Of a stretch of 64,000 nt of DNA, positions 18,921 through 27,567 are shown piece by piece. Within the stretch, counting starts at the first letter, position 1, and each line of letters opens with the position of its first letter. The translations under genes were made by a program, and so were the position numbers. Source of the stretch: Clostridiales bacterium. Its GTDB lineage: Bacteria > Bacillota > Clostridia > Caldicoprobacterales > UBA3941. The DNA lies in assembly GCA_012735575.1 (NCBI GenBank), contig JAAYGY010000023.1, positions 10,374 through 74,373 on the forward strand, read 5' to 3'. The notes below the pieces were generated by a model. The model was given only the letters and a program-made list of their open reading frames with translations, searched no databases and had not been told where the DNA came from.

Positions 18921-19502
18921 CTAGCTTTCCATTAAGTCCTTGAGAGAATTTTCCATTTCTCTTGCCATAGAATCTAATAATTCAGTACTAGATTTTTGTG
19001 AATACTGATGATCTACGTCCAAGGCTTCACCAATTCTTATATTTATTGGCTTAAACAATCTATACTGTCCCAATATTGCTATTGGAATTATTTTAGCTTT
19101 AGATCTATGGGCAATAGATGCTATTCCATGGGAAAAATGCTGTACTTCTCCCTCCCTATTTCTAGTGCCTTCAGGGAAAATACCAAATACTTTACCTTCT
19201 CTCAAAACTTGTAAAGAGTTTTTAATAGCTGAAATATCTGCTGTTCCTCTTTTTACAGGGAAAGCACCTAGTTTTCTCAGAATATAATTAAATAATGGAT
19301 TTTTGAATAATTCTACTTTAGCCATAAAATGTATCTTTCGTGGAAGAATACATCCAATTACAACAGGATCCAATAGGGAAATATGATTTGAGTAAACAAT
19401 GGTCTTCCCGGATTCTGGAAAGTTTTCCAAACCCTCTACTTTAGGACGATATAATAAAAAGACCAAAGGCCGGATTAGCCCCCTTATAATTTTGTAAAAC
19501 AT
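18921..19502 (-). CDS. plsC: 1-acyl-sn-glycerol-3-phosphate acyltransferase
   Basis: NHISLLD (HX4D), FMAKVELF and FPEGTR motifs. Confidence 0.92.
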   Translation of the reverse strand: MFYKIIRGLIRPLVFLLYRPKVEGLENFPESGKTIVYSNHISLLDPVVIGCILPRKIHFMAKVELFKNPLFNYILRKLGAFPVKRGTADISAIKNSLQVLREGKVFGIFPEGTRNREGEVQHFSHGIASIAHRSKAKIIPIAILGQYRLFKPINIRIGEALDVDHQYSQKSSTELLDSMAREMENSLKDLMES

Positions 19503-19513
19503 ACTATTCCTCC

Positions 19514-20545
19514 TTATCCTTTGCGCAAAGAGCCTCTAATATGCCCTAAAATCTCGTTTGTTACTTGCTCAATGGATTTATCTGTTGAATCTATAACAAT
19601 AGCATCCTCTGCTTGTTTCAAAGGCGCAAAACTACGGTTTTGATCATTAATATCCCTTTCATGAATACTCTGCCTTATAGACTCTATATTTTGTTCCACC
19701 CCATTTGCCTTCATTTCTAACCATCTTCTTTTTGCTCTTTCATCTAAGGAAGCAGTTAAATAAAATTTAAATGAGGCATTTGGCAATACATATGTTCCTA
19801 TATCCCTACCATCCATGACCAAAGAGTTTTTGCTAGCTATATTACGCTGGATGTCGACTAGCTTTAGACGAATTTCAGGTATGGTGGCAACTTTGGAAGC
19901 AGCTTGAGAAACTTCGGTAGTTCTTATTAAAGAGGTTACATCCTTACCATCCATTATTATTTTCTGTTTGCCATGGTCATATCTTACCTGTAAGTCTGTT
20001 TTATTTAGAACGTTAACAACCTTTTGATGATCATTCAGATCTATGTTAGATTTAAGCATCTTATAAGCTACTGCCCTATACATGGCTCCAGTATCTAAAT
20101 AAAGTATGTTTAGAGTCTTAGATATTGCCTTGGCAATAGTGCTTTTACCAGCGCCTGCTGGTCCATCAATAGCTATGGTTAAAATTTCATCAGCTAAGTC
20201 AGGTCTTAATACTTTTGCCTTTTCCAGATATACATGTTTTACATCTTTAGGTTCAGATACCTGAATATGCATCAAAACCCGGATACATCTTTCCAGACTT
20301 CCCTTTACATACATTTCCTGGCAGCAAAACAAGGGTATATCAACCATACCCATTTGACGTGCAGCGACGGCAGGATACTGGGCATCTAAATCCTTAGTAC
20401 CTGTAAATATAATGCTAACTATATCCTTATAATCTATACAATTTCTTTCAATGATAGTCTCCAATAAAGTAGTGGTTCTGGTCAATATCTGTTGAGGAGT
20501 ATTCTCCTCGACTGTAGTAGCTCCCCGTATTGCATAAAATATCAA
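19514..20545 (-). CDS. cmk: fused AroH-type chorismate mutase and cytidylate kinase
   Basis: aa 1-~118 AroH (IRGATT, YPAVAAR, CCQEM, CIRVLMH, HVYL...LRPDL). Remainder Cmk (IAIDGPAGAGKST, YLDTGAMYRA, VMDGRDIGT, RDINDQNR..APL). Confidence 0.92.
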   Translation of the reverse strand: MIFYAIRGATTVEENTPQQILTRTTTLLETIIERNCIDYKDIVSIIFTGTKDLDAQYPAVAARQMGMVDIPLFCCQEMYVKGSLERCIRVLMHIQVSEPKDVKHVYLEKAKVLRPDLADEILTIAIDGPAGAGKSTIAKAISKTLNILYLDTGAMYRAVAYKMLKSNIDLNDHQKVVNVLNKTDLQVRYDHGKQKIIMDGKDVTSLIRTTEVSQAASKVATIPEIRLKLVDIQRNIASKNSLVMDGRDIGTYVLPNASFKFYLTASLDERAKRRWLEMKANGVEQNIESIRQSIHERDINDQNRSFAPLKQAEDAIVIDSTDKSIEQVTNEILGHIRGSLRKG

Positions 20546-20559
20546 TTTTCCTTTCCTCC

Positions 20560-20973
20560 TTATATAGCTCTATGTCCTAGACCTATTGCCACTTCGTTGA
20601 GATGAAGTAGCCCTATACCAAAAAATAAGGCTACACTAACATGATCATGATATCTAGCAATAGCAATCTTTCCTCCTACACTCAAACCTATGGCTTTAGG
20701 CATGATTTGTGATACTGCCTCTCTTGTGGCACCAGCAACAGCGCCTTCTTCAGCATGGGAATCTTGTATTACACCTTCTCTTTTAGCAGCAACCACAGCT
20801 CTTTCAATAATCTTGTTTATGGAATTAATAAAATCACCACCATAATCAACAGCAACAGTCCTTATCCCAATTTTTAAACATTCTTCCTTTAATGTATTCT
20901 CTTCGTTACGGCTCTTAGTCAAGCTCATTTGAATTGCAATCCTAGCAACTTCACGGCTACCTAATAAATTCAT
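20560..20973 (-). CDS. HutP-family RNA-binding protein (divergent)
   Basis: IERAVVAAKREGVI...GATREA...GKIAIAR...VAIGLGH pattern of the HutP family. Confidence 0.8.
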   Translation of the reverse strand: MNLLGSREVARIAIQMSLTKSRNEENTLKEECLKIGIRTVAVDYGGDFINSINKIIERAVVAAKREGVIQDSHAEEGAVAGATREAVSQIMPKAIGLSVGGKIAIARYHDHVSVALFFGIGLLHLNEVAIGLGHRAI

Positions 20974-21168
20974 ATTTAATCTCCTTCTTCTATAATCTTT
21001 GATTATATCTAAATATCTCTCTTATTCTTAGGTCTTCAACTTGTATAACTTTATTTGCAAATATATTTCCATATAATTACCAGTAAATAACTAGCAGATT
21101 GATACAATTTCATTTCTTTATTATTCATTACCATTATAAAGGAGCTTGCCATCTTACACAAGTTAATT

Positions 21169-21642
21169 TTAGTATAGGGGTGGAAGTCTGTATAGTTTTC
21201 CTGCTGTAATTATGATTTTTTTATAATTTTCAGGTAGATAATGTGATGGCTTTGCCTCTATAATTACTTCATAGGTCCCGTGAGTATTTGTTGCATCAAT
21301 TTCCAGAACATCCATGGAAGAAACATTAACTCTTGCAGGTTTGTTGCTCTCTATTCTTTTAGCAGGAATGCCGTTTACTTTTACTATTATTACATCACCT
21401 TTTTTTACTTTTGTCTTGAAATCTATAACAACAGAGTTTTGTATAATATTATTGATACTAATAAAACCTTTAGCGTAATCTAAAGCAATATTGACATCTT
21501 TAATACAGTAAAAATAGTTAAAAACTTGGATTATAATTAGAAAAGTAATTAAAAATAAACCTATTTTAAGTAAAATAGGTTGTACATTGAAAGCAATGCC
21601 GATCCATATATCCATTTTATTAGCTTTAAATCTATTATCCAT
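21169..21642 (-). CDS. hypothetical protein with N-terminal TM anchor and C-terminal beta domain
   Basis: ORF with hydrophobic ILLKIGLFLITFLIIIQVF and KVNG...DVLEID segment. Start uncertain (track 21693). Confidence 0.7.
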   Translation of the reverse strand: MDNRFKANKMDIWIGIAFNVQPILLKIGLFLITFLIIIQVFNYFYCIKDVNIALDYAKGFISINNIIQNSVVIDFKTKVKKGDVIIVKVNGIPAKRIESNKPARVNVSSMDVLEIDATNTHGTYEVIIEAKPSHYLPENYKKIIITAGKLYRLPPLY

Positions 21643-21741
21643 TGTCCATTCACCAAATCCAATTAAATGAGAAACCAATTTTGAAAAATTCAATATTACT
21701 AATGACTGTTATATGTCTATCCTAACCATCAAAAATGGGGT

Positions 21742-22350
21742 TTATTCAAGATGACATGTGTCGTTTAAATAAACAATGGAATTTCTATCCTTTTGAATAT
21801 TTAATAGGCTTAAACTAGCTTGGCTTATTTTGAAATGAGTTAAAAGATTAAGGGGTATCCCTGTTAGGCAGAGAATGATTATCTTGGTTGTGGCGGCATG
21901 GGATACTATTAGAATGTTATCATTGTTGTTTTGATGTTTTACTTTAATCATATTTAAAAAAGAAACAATCCTATCGTGTACAGATAACAGGCTCTCTCCG
22001 CCCTCTGGGGCAAAGGTTAATTCATTACGCCATTTAGCCAATTGACCAGGAAATTTCTTTTCAATTTCATGAATAGAAAGACCTTCCCAGCAACCAAAAG
22101 ATACTTCTCTAAGAAGTGGGCTGGAAATGGGTTTTATAGATATTTTGTTTCCAATTATCTCCGCAGTTTCCTTAGCTCTTAACAGATCACTACAGTATAT
22201 GTTATTAATATTTTTATTTTTTTTCAAATATTTACCTAGCTTTAATGCCTGACTTCGGCCAAAATCTGTAAGGTTTGTATCTTTAATTCCTTGTGTTTTC
22301 CCTAAACGGTTCCATTGAGTCTCTCCATGCCTTGTTAAATATAAGAGCAA
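21742..22350 (-). CDS. histidine phosphatase (phosphoglycerate mutase family)
   Basis: LTRHGET.WN...QG, SDL.RA.ETA, LRE..FG.WEG and VSHA motifs. Confidence 0.9.
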   Translation of the reverse strand: MLLYLTRHGETQWNRLGKTQGIKDTNLTDFGRSQALKLGKYLKKNKNINNIYCSDLLRAKETAEIIGNKISIKPISSPLLREVSFGCWEGLSIHEIEKKFPGQLAKWRNELTFAPEGGESLLSVHDRIVSFLNMIKVKHQNNNDNILIVSHAATTKIIILCLTGIPLNLLTHFKISQASLSLLNIQKDRNSIVYLNDTCHLE

Positions 22351-22382
22351 TGTTTTCCCTTCCTTTGCAATTATAGCTTATA

Positions 22383-23240
22383 TTATTTACTTACATATAC
22401 GTCATATTTATCCCATATGTCTTCTAGAATAGAAAAACCTGAAGCTACTTCAGGACTTTTTCTCATCCCAATACCTACAATTAGTGCATTTATTAGGCTT
22501 AAAGGAGCTACTAGAGAATCAACAAAGGATGCCATATCGCTTCTAGCAAGTAAAGTATAATCAGAATTAGAAGCTAGTGGAGAAAGAGAACTATCAGTTA
22601 ATGCTACGGTTGTAGCTCCTCTTTCCTTAGCAAAGGACATGGCCTCTATAGTTCTAGTTGCATATCGGGGATAACTAATCCCTATGAGTATATCTTCACT
22701 ATTTATGTGTATCAACTGCTCCAATATATCATTAACTCCCGAGGTAACAATTCTAACATTGCTGAAAATAAAACTTAGATAATAGCCCATAAATTGTGCT
22801 AAAGGTGCAGCACTTCTTAGACCTAATACATATATGTTCCTTGCATTCAGAATGCTGTGAATCACTTGATCAAAAACCCCAATATCAGCTTCTTCTATAG
22901 TTCTACGGATATTGTTCATATCTGCCTTTAATACATTTTTTAGAATCATTGATTGATCTAAGTCAGAGGACATTTCTATTCTTTGGACAGTAGTCAGCTT
23001 ATTCCGTATAAGCTCTTGAAGGGCTTTTTGAAGTTTGGGATATCCATCATATCCTAACATATTAGCAAACCGGACCACAGTAGATTCGCTAACCCCTACC
23101 ATTTCACCTAACCTAGAAGCGGTCATAAAAGCTGCTTTATCATAATTGTTAATGATATATTCTGAAATCAGCTTCTGGCCTTTGCTCATTCTCTTAAAAT
23201 TTGTATTAATCCGATGGATTAAATTATGCTTTTCCGCCAT
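22383..23240 (-). CDS. MurR/RpiR family transcriptional regulator (HTH + SIS)
   Basis: MSKGQK.I.EYI, VSESTVVRFA..LGY.GY, ISYPRY and LTDS..SPLA motifs. ATG 23240 follows AGGAGG. Confidence 0.92.
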   Translation of the reverse strand: MAEKHNLIHRINTNFKRMSKGQKLISEYIINNYDKAAFMTASRLGEMVGVSESTVVRFANMLGYDGYPKLQKALQELIRNKLTTVQRIEMSSDLDQSMILKNVLKADMNNIRRTIEEADIGVFDQVIHSILNARNIYVLGLRSAAPLAQFMGYYLSFIFSNVRIVTSGVNDILEQLIHINSEDILIGISYPRYATRTIEAMSFAKERGATTVALTDSSLSPLASNSDYTLLARSDMASFVDSLVAPLSLINALIVGIGMRKSPEVASGFSILEDIWDKYDVYVSK

Positions 23241-23308
23241 TATAATCCTCCTGAAATTCATGATTTATAGCCTAAAGCAATTTTATTTTATCATAAACTA
23301 CATAATTT

Positions 23309-23338
23309 GCATAGTCTTCTAGGAACATCCTAATAATA
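23309..23338 (+). promoter_or_regulatory. candidate SigG promoter of the + strand orphan gene
   Basis: GCATA-N18-AATAATA matches the SigG consensus GHATR-N17/18-MAWAMTA exactly. Confidence 0.55.
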
Positions 23339-23373
23339 ACTTATTATATTATAAATTAGGATGAGGTGAGTCA

Positions 23374-24015
23374 GTGGTTCAAGTTGATGATGCAGGTAGT
23401 GGAAGTCTTGTAGGAGGCACATGTATAGCTATTCTCCGAGTAGATACAGGTGAATATAAATATGAATTTATTCCTGTTAGTCTATATCAGAATGGGAACT
23501 TTTACCGCAAATATTATCTTGAAAAATGTAAGGATATAGTTATCAATCTGTTAAAAGACCTTCAAGTGAGTAAAGAGGAAAAGATTGAGATATGTCAAGG
23601 ATATATGTTTGATGCTGTTAGAAAGTATTTAGAGGAAAAGGGATATAATTGGAGAAGCACAAGGATATTGGATCCATTACAGTCCATAATAGAACAAACC
23701 TTTAATGAATATGCATTGGAATTAGGGGTACCCATTCAATATGTTAAGTATACAAAATATCCCTTACACTTTCATCGTATTCTAAGATGGGTATACGCCG
23801 ACTATCAAAAACGTTGTAAGATGTGTAAAACCGATTGGAAAAGCTTTAAGAAATATGGTTATCTGAATCTATCTATTTCTTATGATCATTTATACAAAAA
23901 GAATTATACTTGTTTGCGGTGTGGTAAAAAAATAATTCCAGGCAGCAAAGTCAAAGTTTTAAATTATATAAGCAACCGCCCTAATACGATTTATCTGCAC
24001 ACCAATTGTAATTGA
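23374..24015 (+). CDS. conserved hypothetical protein: RNase HII-like N-terminal motif plus C-terminal CxxC...HxxC zinc finger
   Basis: GTG start after GAGGTG. VDDAGSGSLVGG resembles VDEAGRGPLAGP; CLRC...HTNC at the C-terminus. Ends at a terminator. Confidence 0.8.
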   Translation: MVQVDDAGSGSLVGGTCIAILRVDTGEYKYEFIPVSLYQNGNFYRKYYLEKCKDIVINLLKDLQVSKEEKIEICQGYMFDAVRKYLEEKGYNWRSTRILDPLQSIIEQTFNEYALELGVPIQYVKYTKYPLHFHRILRWVYADYQKRCKMCKTDWKSFKKYGYLNLSISYDHLYKKNYTCLRCGKKIIPGSKVKVLNYISNRPNTIYLHTNCN

Positions 24016-24025
24016 TATAAAAATC

Positions 24026-24062
24026 AAGCCCAGAGGCATGTTCAAAGAATTGCTCTGGGCTT
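24026..24062. terminator. bidirectional terminator between the orphan gene and oadA
   Basis: AAGCCCAGAG...CTCTGGGCTT inverted repeat. Confidence 0.75.
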
Positions 24063-24071
24063 AAAATGATC

Positions 24072-25469
24072 TTAAACTGGATGAGTCATTTCTTCCATAT
24101 TGACAAGGGTGCTGTCTATTTTATACTTTTGAGCTTGACGATATTTGAAGAATTCTAAAGATACCTGTGGGAATGATGCATAGGATAATACATCTTCTTC
24201 CTGTTCCATATATTCCTTTATTTCTTCTCTATATTTGTCTAATTCTGGAGGAATATCGTCTGCAGGACGATGTTCTATAACTGGGGCATCCCCTATAATG
24301 GTCTTTCGAATTTCATCACTTACTTTGCCGGGTAGACGCCCGTACTCCCCTCTGATGAGAGCTTTTGATTCGTTGGTTATCATTTTGTATCTCTCACCTG
24401 TTAAAACGTTGAGCACTGCTTGAGTTCCTACAATTTGACTGGTAGGAGTTACAAGTGGAGGGAATCCAAAATCTTCTCGTACCCGTGGAACCTCCTTAAG
24501 AACTTCCTCAAATCTATCCTCGGCATTCTGCTGTTTTAGCTGAGACAGAAGATTGGATAGCATTCCACCTGGAACTTGATATATCAAAGTATTTATATCT
24601 ATATTTAATACTCTGGGATTTAAGAAACCTTCGTCAGCCAGTCTTTTTGCTACGCCTTTAAAATGATCAGCTATTTCATTTAATAGATTTAAATCTAAAC
24701 CTGTGTCCCATTCGGTACCCTGTAATGTAGCTACTAATGGTTCAGTTGCTGGTTGGGCAGTACCATTACCTAATGGAGACAAAGCTGTATCTACTACGTC
24801 TGCGCCAGCCTCAATAGCTTTCAGATAAACCATATCTCCAGTACCAGTAGTATTATGAGTGTGTACCTGGATAGGCACTTTTACTGTCTTTTTTAACTTG
24901 CTAACTAGCTCATAGGCAGTATAGGGTAAAAGCAAATTAGCCATGTCTTTTATACATATAGAATCTGCACCCATATTTTCCAATGTCTTTGCAAGATCAA
25001 CAAAATAATCAATTGTGTGTACTGGGCTTATAGTATAACATAAGGCTGCTTGAACGTGTCCCTTATATTTTTTGGTAGCCCTGATAGCCTGTTCCATATT
25101 CCTAACATCATTTAGAGCATCGAATATACGAATTATATCAATTCCATTTTCTATAGATTTTTTTACAAATTCATCTACAACATCATCAGCATAGTGTTTG
25201 TAGCCAAGTAAGTTTTGGCCTCGTAATAGCATTTGAAGTTTGGTGTTGGGAAGTGCTCTTCTTAAAACTCTTAGCCTTTCCCAAGGATCTTCTTTTAAGA
25301 AGCGGAGGCAGGAGTCAAAGGTAGCTCCACCCCACACTTCCATAGAATGATATCCTACTTTATCTAATTTATCTGCAACGGGAAGCATATCTTCCAGGCG
25401 CATTCTGGTCGCGGCCTGGGATTGATGGGCATCCCTTAAAATGGTATCAGTTATTTTAACCTTTGCCAT
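24072..25469 (-). CDS. oadA: oxaloacetate decarboxylase alpha / pyruvate carboxylase B-type carboxyltransferase without a biotin domain
   Basis: LRDAHQS..ATRMR, WGGATFD, IKDMA, HTHNT and QVPGGMLSN motifs; no MKM. ATG 25469 follows AGGAGG. Confidence 0.88.
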   Translation of the reverse strand: MAKVKITDTILRDAHQSQAATRMRLEDMLPVADKLDKVGYHSMEVWGGATFDSCLRFLKEDPWERLRVLRRALPNTKLQMLLRGQNLLGYKHYADDVVDEFVKKSIENGIDIIRIFDALNDVRNMEQAIRATKKYKGHVQAALCYTISPVHTIDYFVDLAKTLENMGADSICIKDMANLLLPYTAYELVSKLKKTVKVPIQVHTHNTTGTGDMVYLKAIEAGADVVDTALSPLGNGTAQPATEPLVATLQGTEWDTGLDLNLLNEIADHFKGVAKRLADEGFLNPRVLNIDINTLIYQVPGGMLSNLLSQLKQQNAEDRFEEVLKEVPRVREDFGFPPLVTPTSQIVGTQAVLNVLTGERYKMITNESKALIRGEYGRLPGKVSDEIRKTIIGDAPVIEHRPADDIPPELDKYREEIKEYMEQEEDVLSYASFPQVSLEFFKYRQAQKYKIDSTLVNMEEMTHPV

Positions 25470-25491
25470 ATTATAACCTCCTAAATTAAGA

Positions 25492-26652
25492 TTAGCCAAA
25501 TAGGTTTAGAAATACCCCGGCTGCAACTGCAGAGCCAATAACTCCTGCCACATTAGGTCCCATAGCATGCATAAGCAAAAAGTTACCTGGATTCTCCTTT
25601 TGACCTACTACTTGAGACACACGAGCAGCCATTGGCACAGCAGATACTCCAGCAGAACCAATTAAGGGGTTAATTTTTCCACCTGTCAACTTACACATAA
25701 CTTTGCCTAAGAGAACTCCTCCTGCTGTTCCACCAGCAAAGGCTAGCAATCCTAGACCGATTATTTTTAAGGTATCTGGAGTAAGGAAATTTTCTGCTGT
25801 TGCTGTAGCACCGACAGTAACACCTAGGAAAATTGTAATTATATTCATCAATTCGTTTTGTGCAGTTTTATTTAATCTATCAACTACAAAACTTTCTCTA
25901 AAAAGATTTCCCAGCATTAGCATACCTACTAATGGTGCTGCTGATGGCAGTAATAGAGAGACCAAAGTCGTAACAATAATAGGAAATACAATCTTTTCCA
26001 ATTTGGAAACTGGGCGTAACTGCTCCATAACAATTTGGCGTTCTTCTTTTGTGGTTAGAGCCTTCATAATAGGTGGTTGTATAATTGGTACTAAAGCCAT
26101 ATAAGAATAAGCTGCTACGGCTATAGCACCAAGATATTCTGGAGCTAACTTACTAGTTACAAATATGGCAGTTGGTCCATCGGCACCACCAATTATGCCA
26201 ATGGATGCTGCAACATTGGCGGGAAAACCTAGTAAAATAGCTAAAATAAAGGCTACAAATATTCCCAATTGAGCAGCGGCCCCTAGTAAAAGACTTTTGG
26301 GATTTGCTATTAGTGGACCGAAATCTGTCATAGCACCAACACCCATAAAAATTAATGGGGGATAGATGCCTAGTTTTACACCCATATATAAGTAATATAA
26401 TAGTCCTCCCGGTTGGAAATTCGCCTCTCCATAAACTCCTTGGGGAGGATCGTTCAGACCGGCCAGAGGTAAATTAGCCAATAGCATTCCAAAAGCTATT
26501 GGTAAAAGCAGCATTGGCTCATACTCTTTTTTAATAGCAAGATACAACAACACAAAGGATACTATTATCATTACACCTTGCTGCCATGAAATTTGTGCAA
26601 AACCTGAATCAGATAAAAAACCAACAATTACATCTACAAATGGTTTATCCAT
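25492..26652 (-). CDS. oadB: Na+-translocating decarboxylase beta subunit
   Basis: [33 protein letters not shown] and [14 protein letters not shown] motifs. Confidence 0.93.
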   Translation of the reverse strand: MDKPFVDVIVGFLSDSGFAQISWQQGVMIIVSFVLLYLAIKKEYEPMLLLPIAFGMLLANLPLAGLNDPPQGVYGEANFQPGGLLYYLYMGVKLGIYPPLIFMGVGAMTDFGPLIANPKSLLLGAAAQLGIFVAFILAILLGFPANVAASIGIIGGADGPTAIFVTSKLAPEYLGAIAVAAYSYMALVPIIQPPIMKALTTKEERQIVMEQLRPVSKLEKIVFPIIVTTLVSLLLPSAAPLVGMLMLGNLFRESFVVDRLNKTAQNELMNIITIFLGVTVGATATAENFLTPDTLKIIGLGLLAFAGGTAGGVLLGKVMCKLTGGKINPLIGSAGVSAVPMAARVSQVVGQKENPGNFLLMHAMGPNVAGVIGSAVAAGVFLNLFG

Positions 26653-26683
26653 TAAAACTCCTCCTTGTTGCTATTTGGTATTT

Positions 26684-27100
26684 TTATTTAATGGCAATTA
26701 TAACATCTCCAGGATTAACTGATGCACCAGTAGCAACTTGGACGGAAACAACCTCACCATCTCTAGGGCTCATTATCTCATTTTCCATTTTCATTGCCTC
26801 TAAAATAGCTATTACATGTCCTTTTGATATTTTATCGCCTACTTTTACCTTTACGTCCAATATGGTTCCTGGCATAGGCGCTTTGATTGTTTCGGCATCT
26901 TGAGGAACTGCGCCACCTGTTGCAGGCTTAGAAGTTTCACTTTTTTGTGGTGCAGGTTGAGGTGCAGCAGTTGCTGCGGCTGGTACTGTTGTAGGTGCAG
27001 AAGGTGCACTAACAGTTACAGGGTTAGATGTTCCTTGACCTACTTCTTCCACTTCTACTTCATAAGATTTTCCATTAACAGTTATAACAAATTTTCTCAT
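26684..27100 (-). CDS. mmdC: biotin carboxyl carrier subunit (MmdC-like)
   Basis: ITVNGKSYEVEVEE, Ala/Pro linker and biotinylation motif EAMKMEN. Confidence 0.88.
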   Translation of the reverse strand: MRKFVITVNGKSYEVEVEEVGQGTSNPVTVSAPSAPTTVPAAATAAPQPAPQKSETSKPATGGAVPQDAETIKAPMPGTILDVKVKVGDKISKGHVIAILEAMKMENEIMSPRDGEVVSVQVATGASVNPGDVIIAIK

Positions 27101-27144
27101 CTTAGTATGTCCTCCTTTAATATTCTCATTTCTTTAATCAATTC

Positions 27145-27540
27145 TTATAATCTTCCAGCGATTTGCTGGTTTCGTCCTGTTATATTCCAAACAGGAGAAT
27201 TGTAAGGTATCCTTTTCACAGATCTAACTATTATGTCATGTGTTGAACGATTTAATGATGCCGCTATAGCAGCAGTTATAACTGCTATTAATTCTTCTTC
27301 ATCATCTGTCTCAGCATTGATACTTTCACTAGTAGTTGATGGGGAAATATTCATACTGGCTGAGCCTGTCTGGTTGATATCTTTATCTGCAGGGCCAGTT
27401 TCTTTCTTGCTCTTGTGTTGACTTGCATTGAGTATCTTGTTCATAAACTCAATAACACATATCAAGGCAATTAGAGCAACAAAAACTGTACCCATTCCTA
27501 AAACGATTACCTTAATACTCATTAGTAGCTGTTCTAACAT
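27145..27540 (-). CDS. OadG/MmdD family anchor subunit
   Basis: N-terminal TM GMGTVFVALIAL, EEELIAVITAAIAA and C-terminal W...GR motif. Confidence 0.85.
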   Translation of the reverse strand: MLEQLLMSIKVIVLGMGTVFVALIALICVIEFMNKILNASQHKSKKETGPADKDINQTGSASMNISPSTTSESINAETDDEEELIAVITAAIAASLNRSTHDIIVRSVKRIPYNSPVWNITGRNQQIAGRL

Positions 27541-27567
27541 GATAACCACCTCTCTTTCAGTGCACTA

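Noticed and set aside
21051-21152. 33-codon minus-strand ORF (MASSFIMVM...) upstream of the hutP-like gene
   Set aside because: No SD and no run of regulatory codons suggesting a leader peptide.
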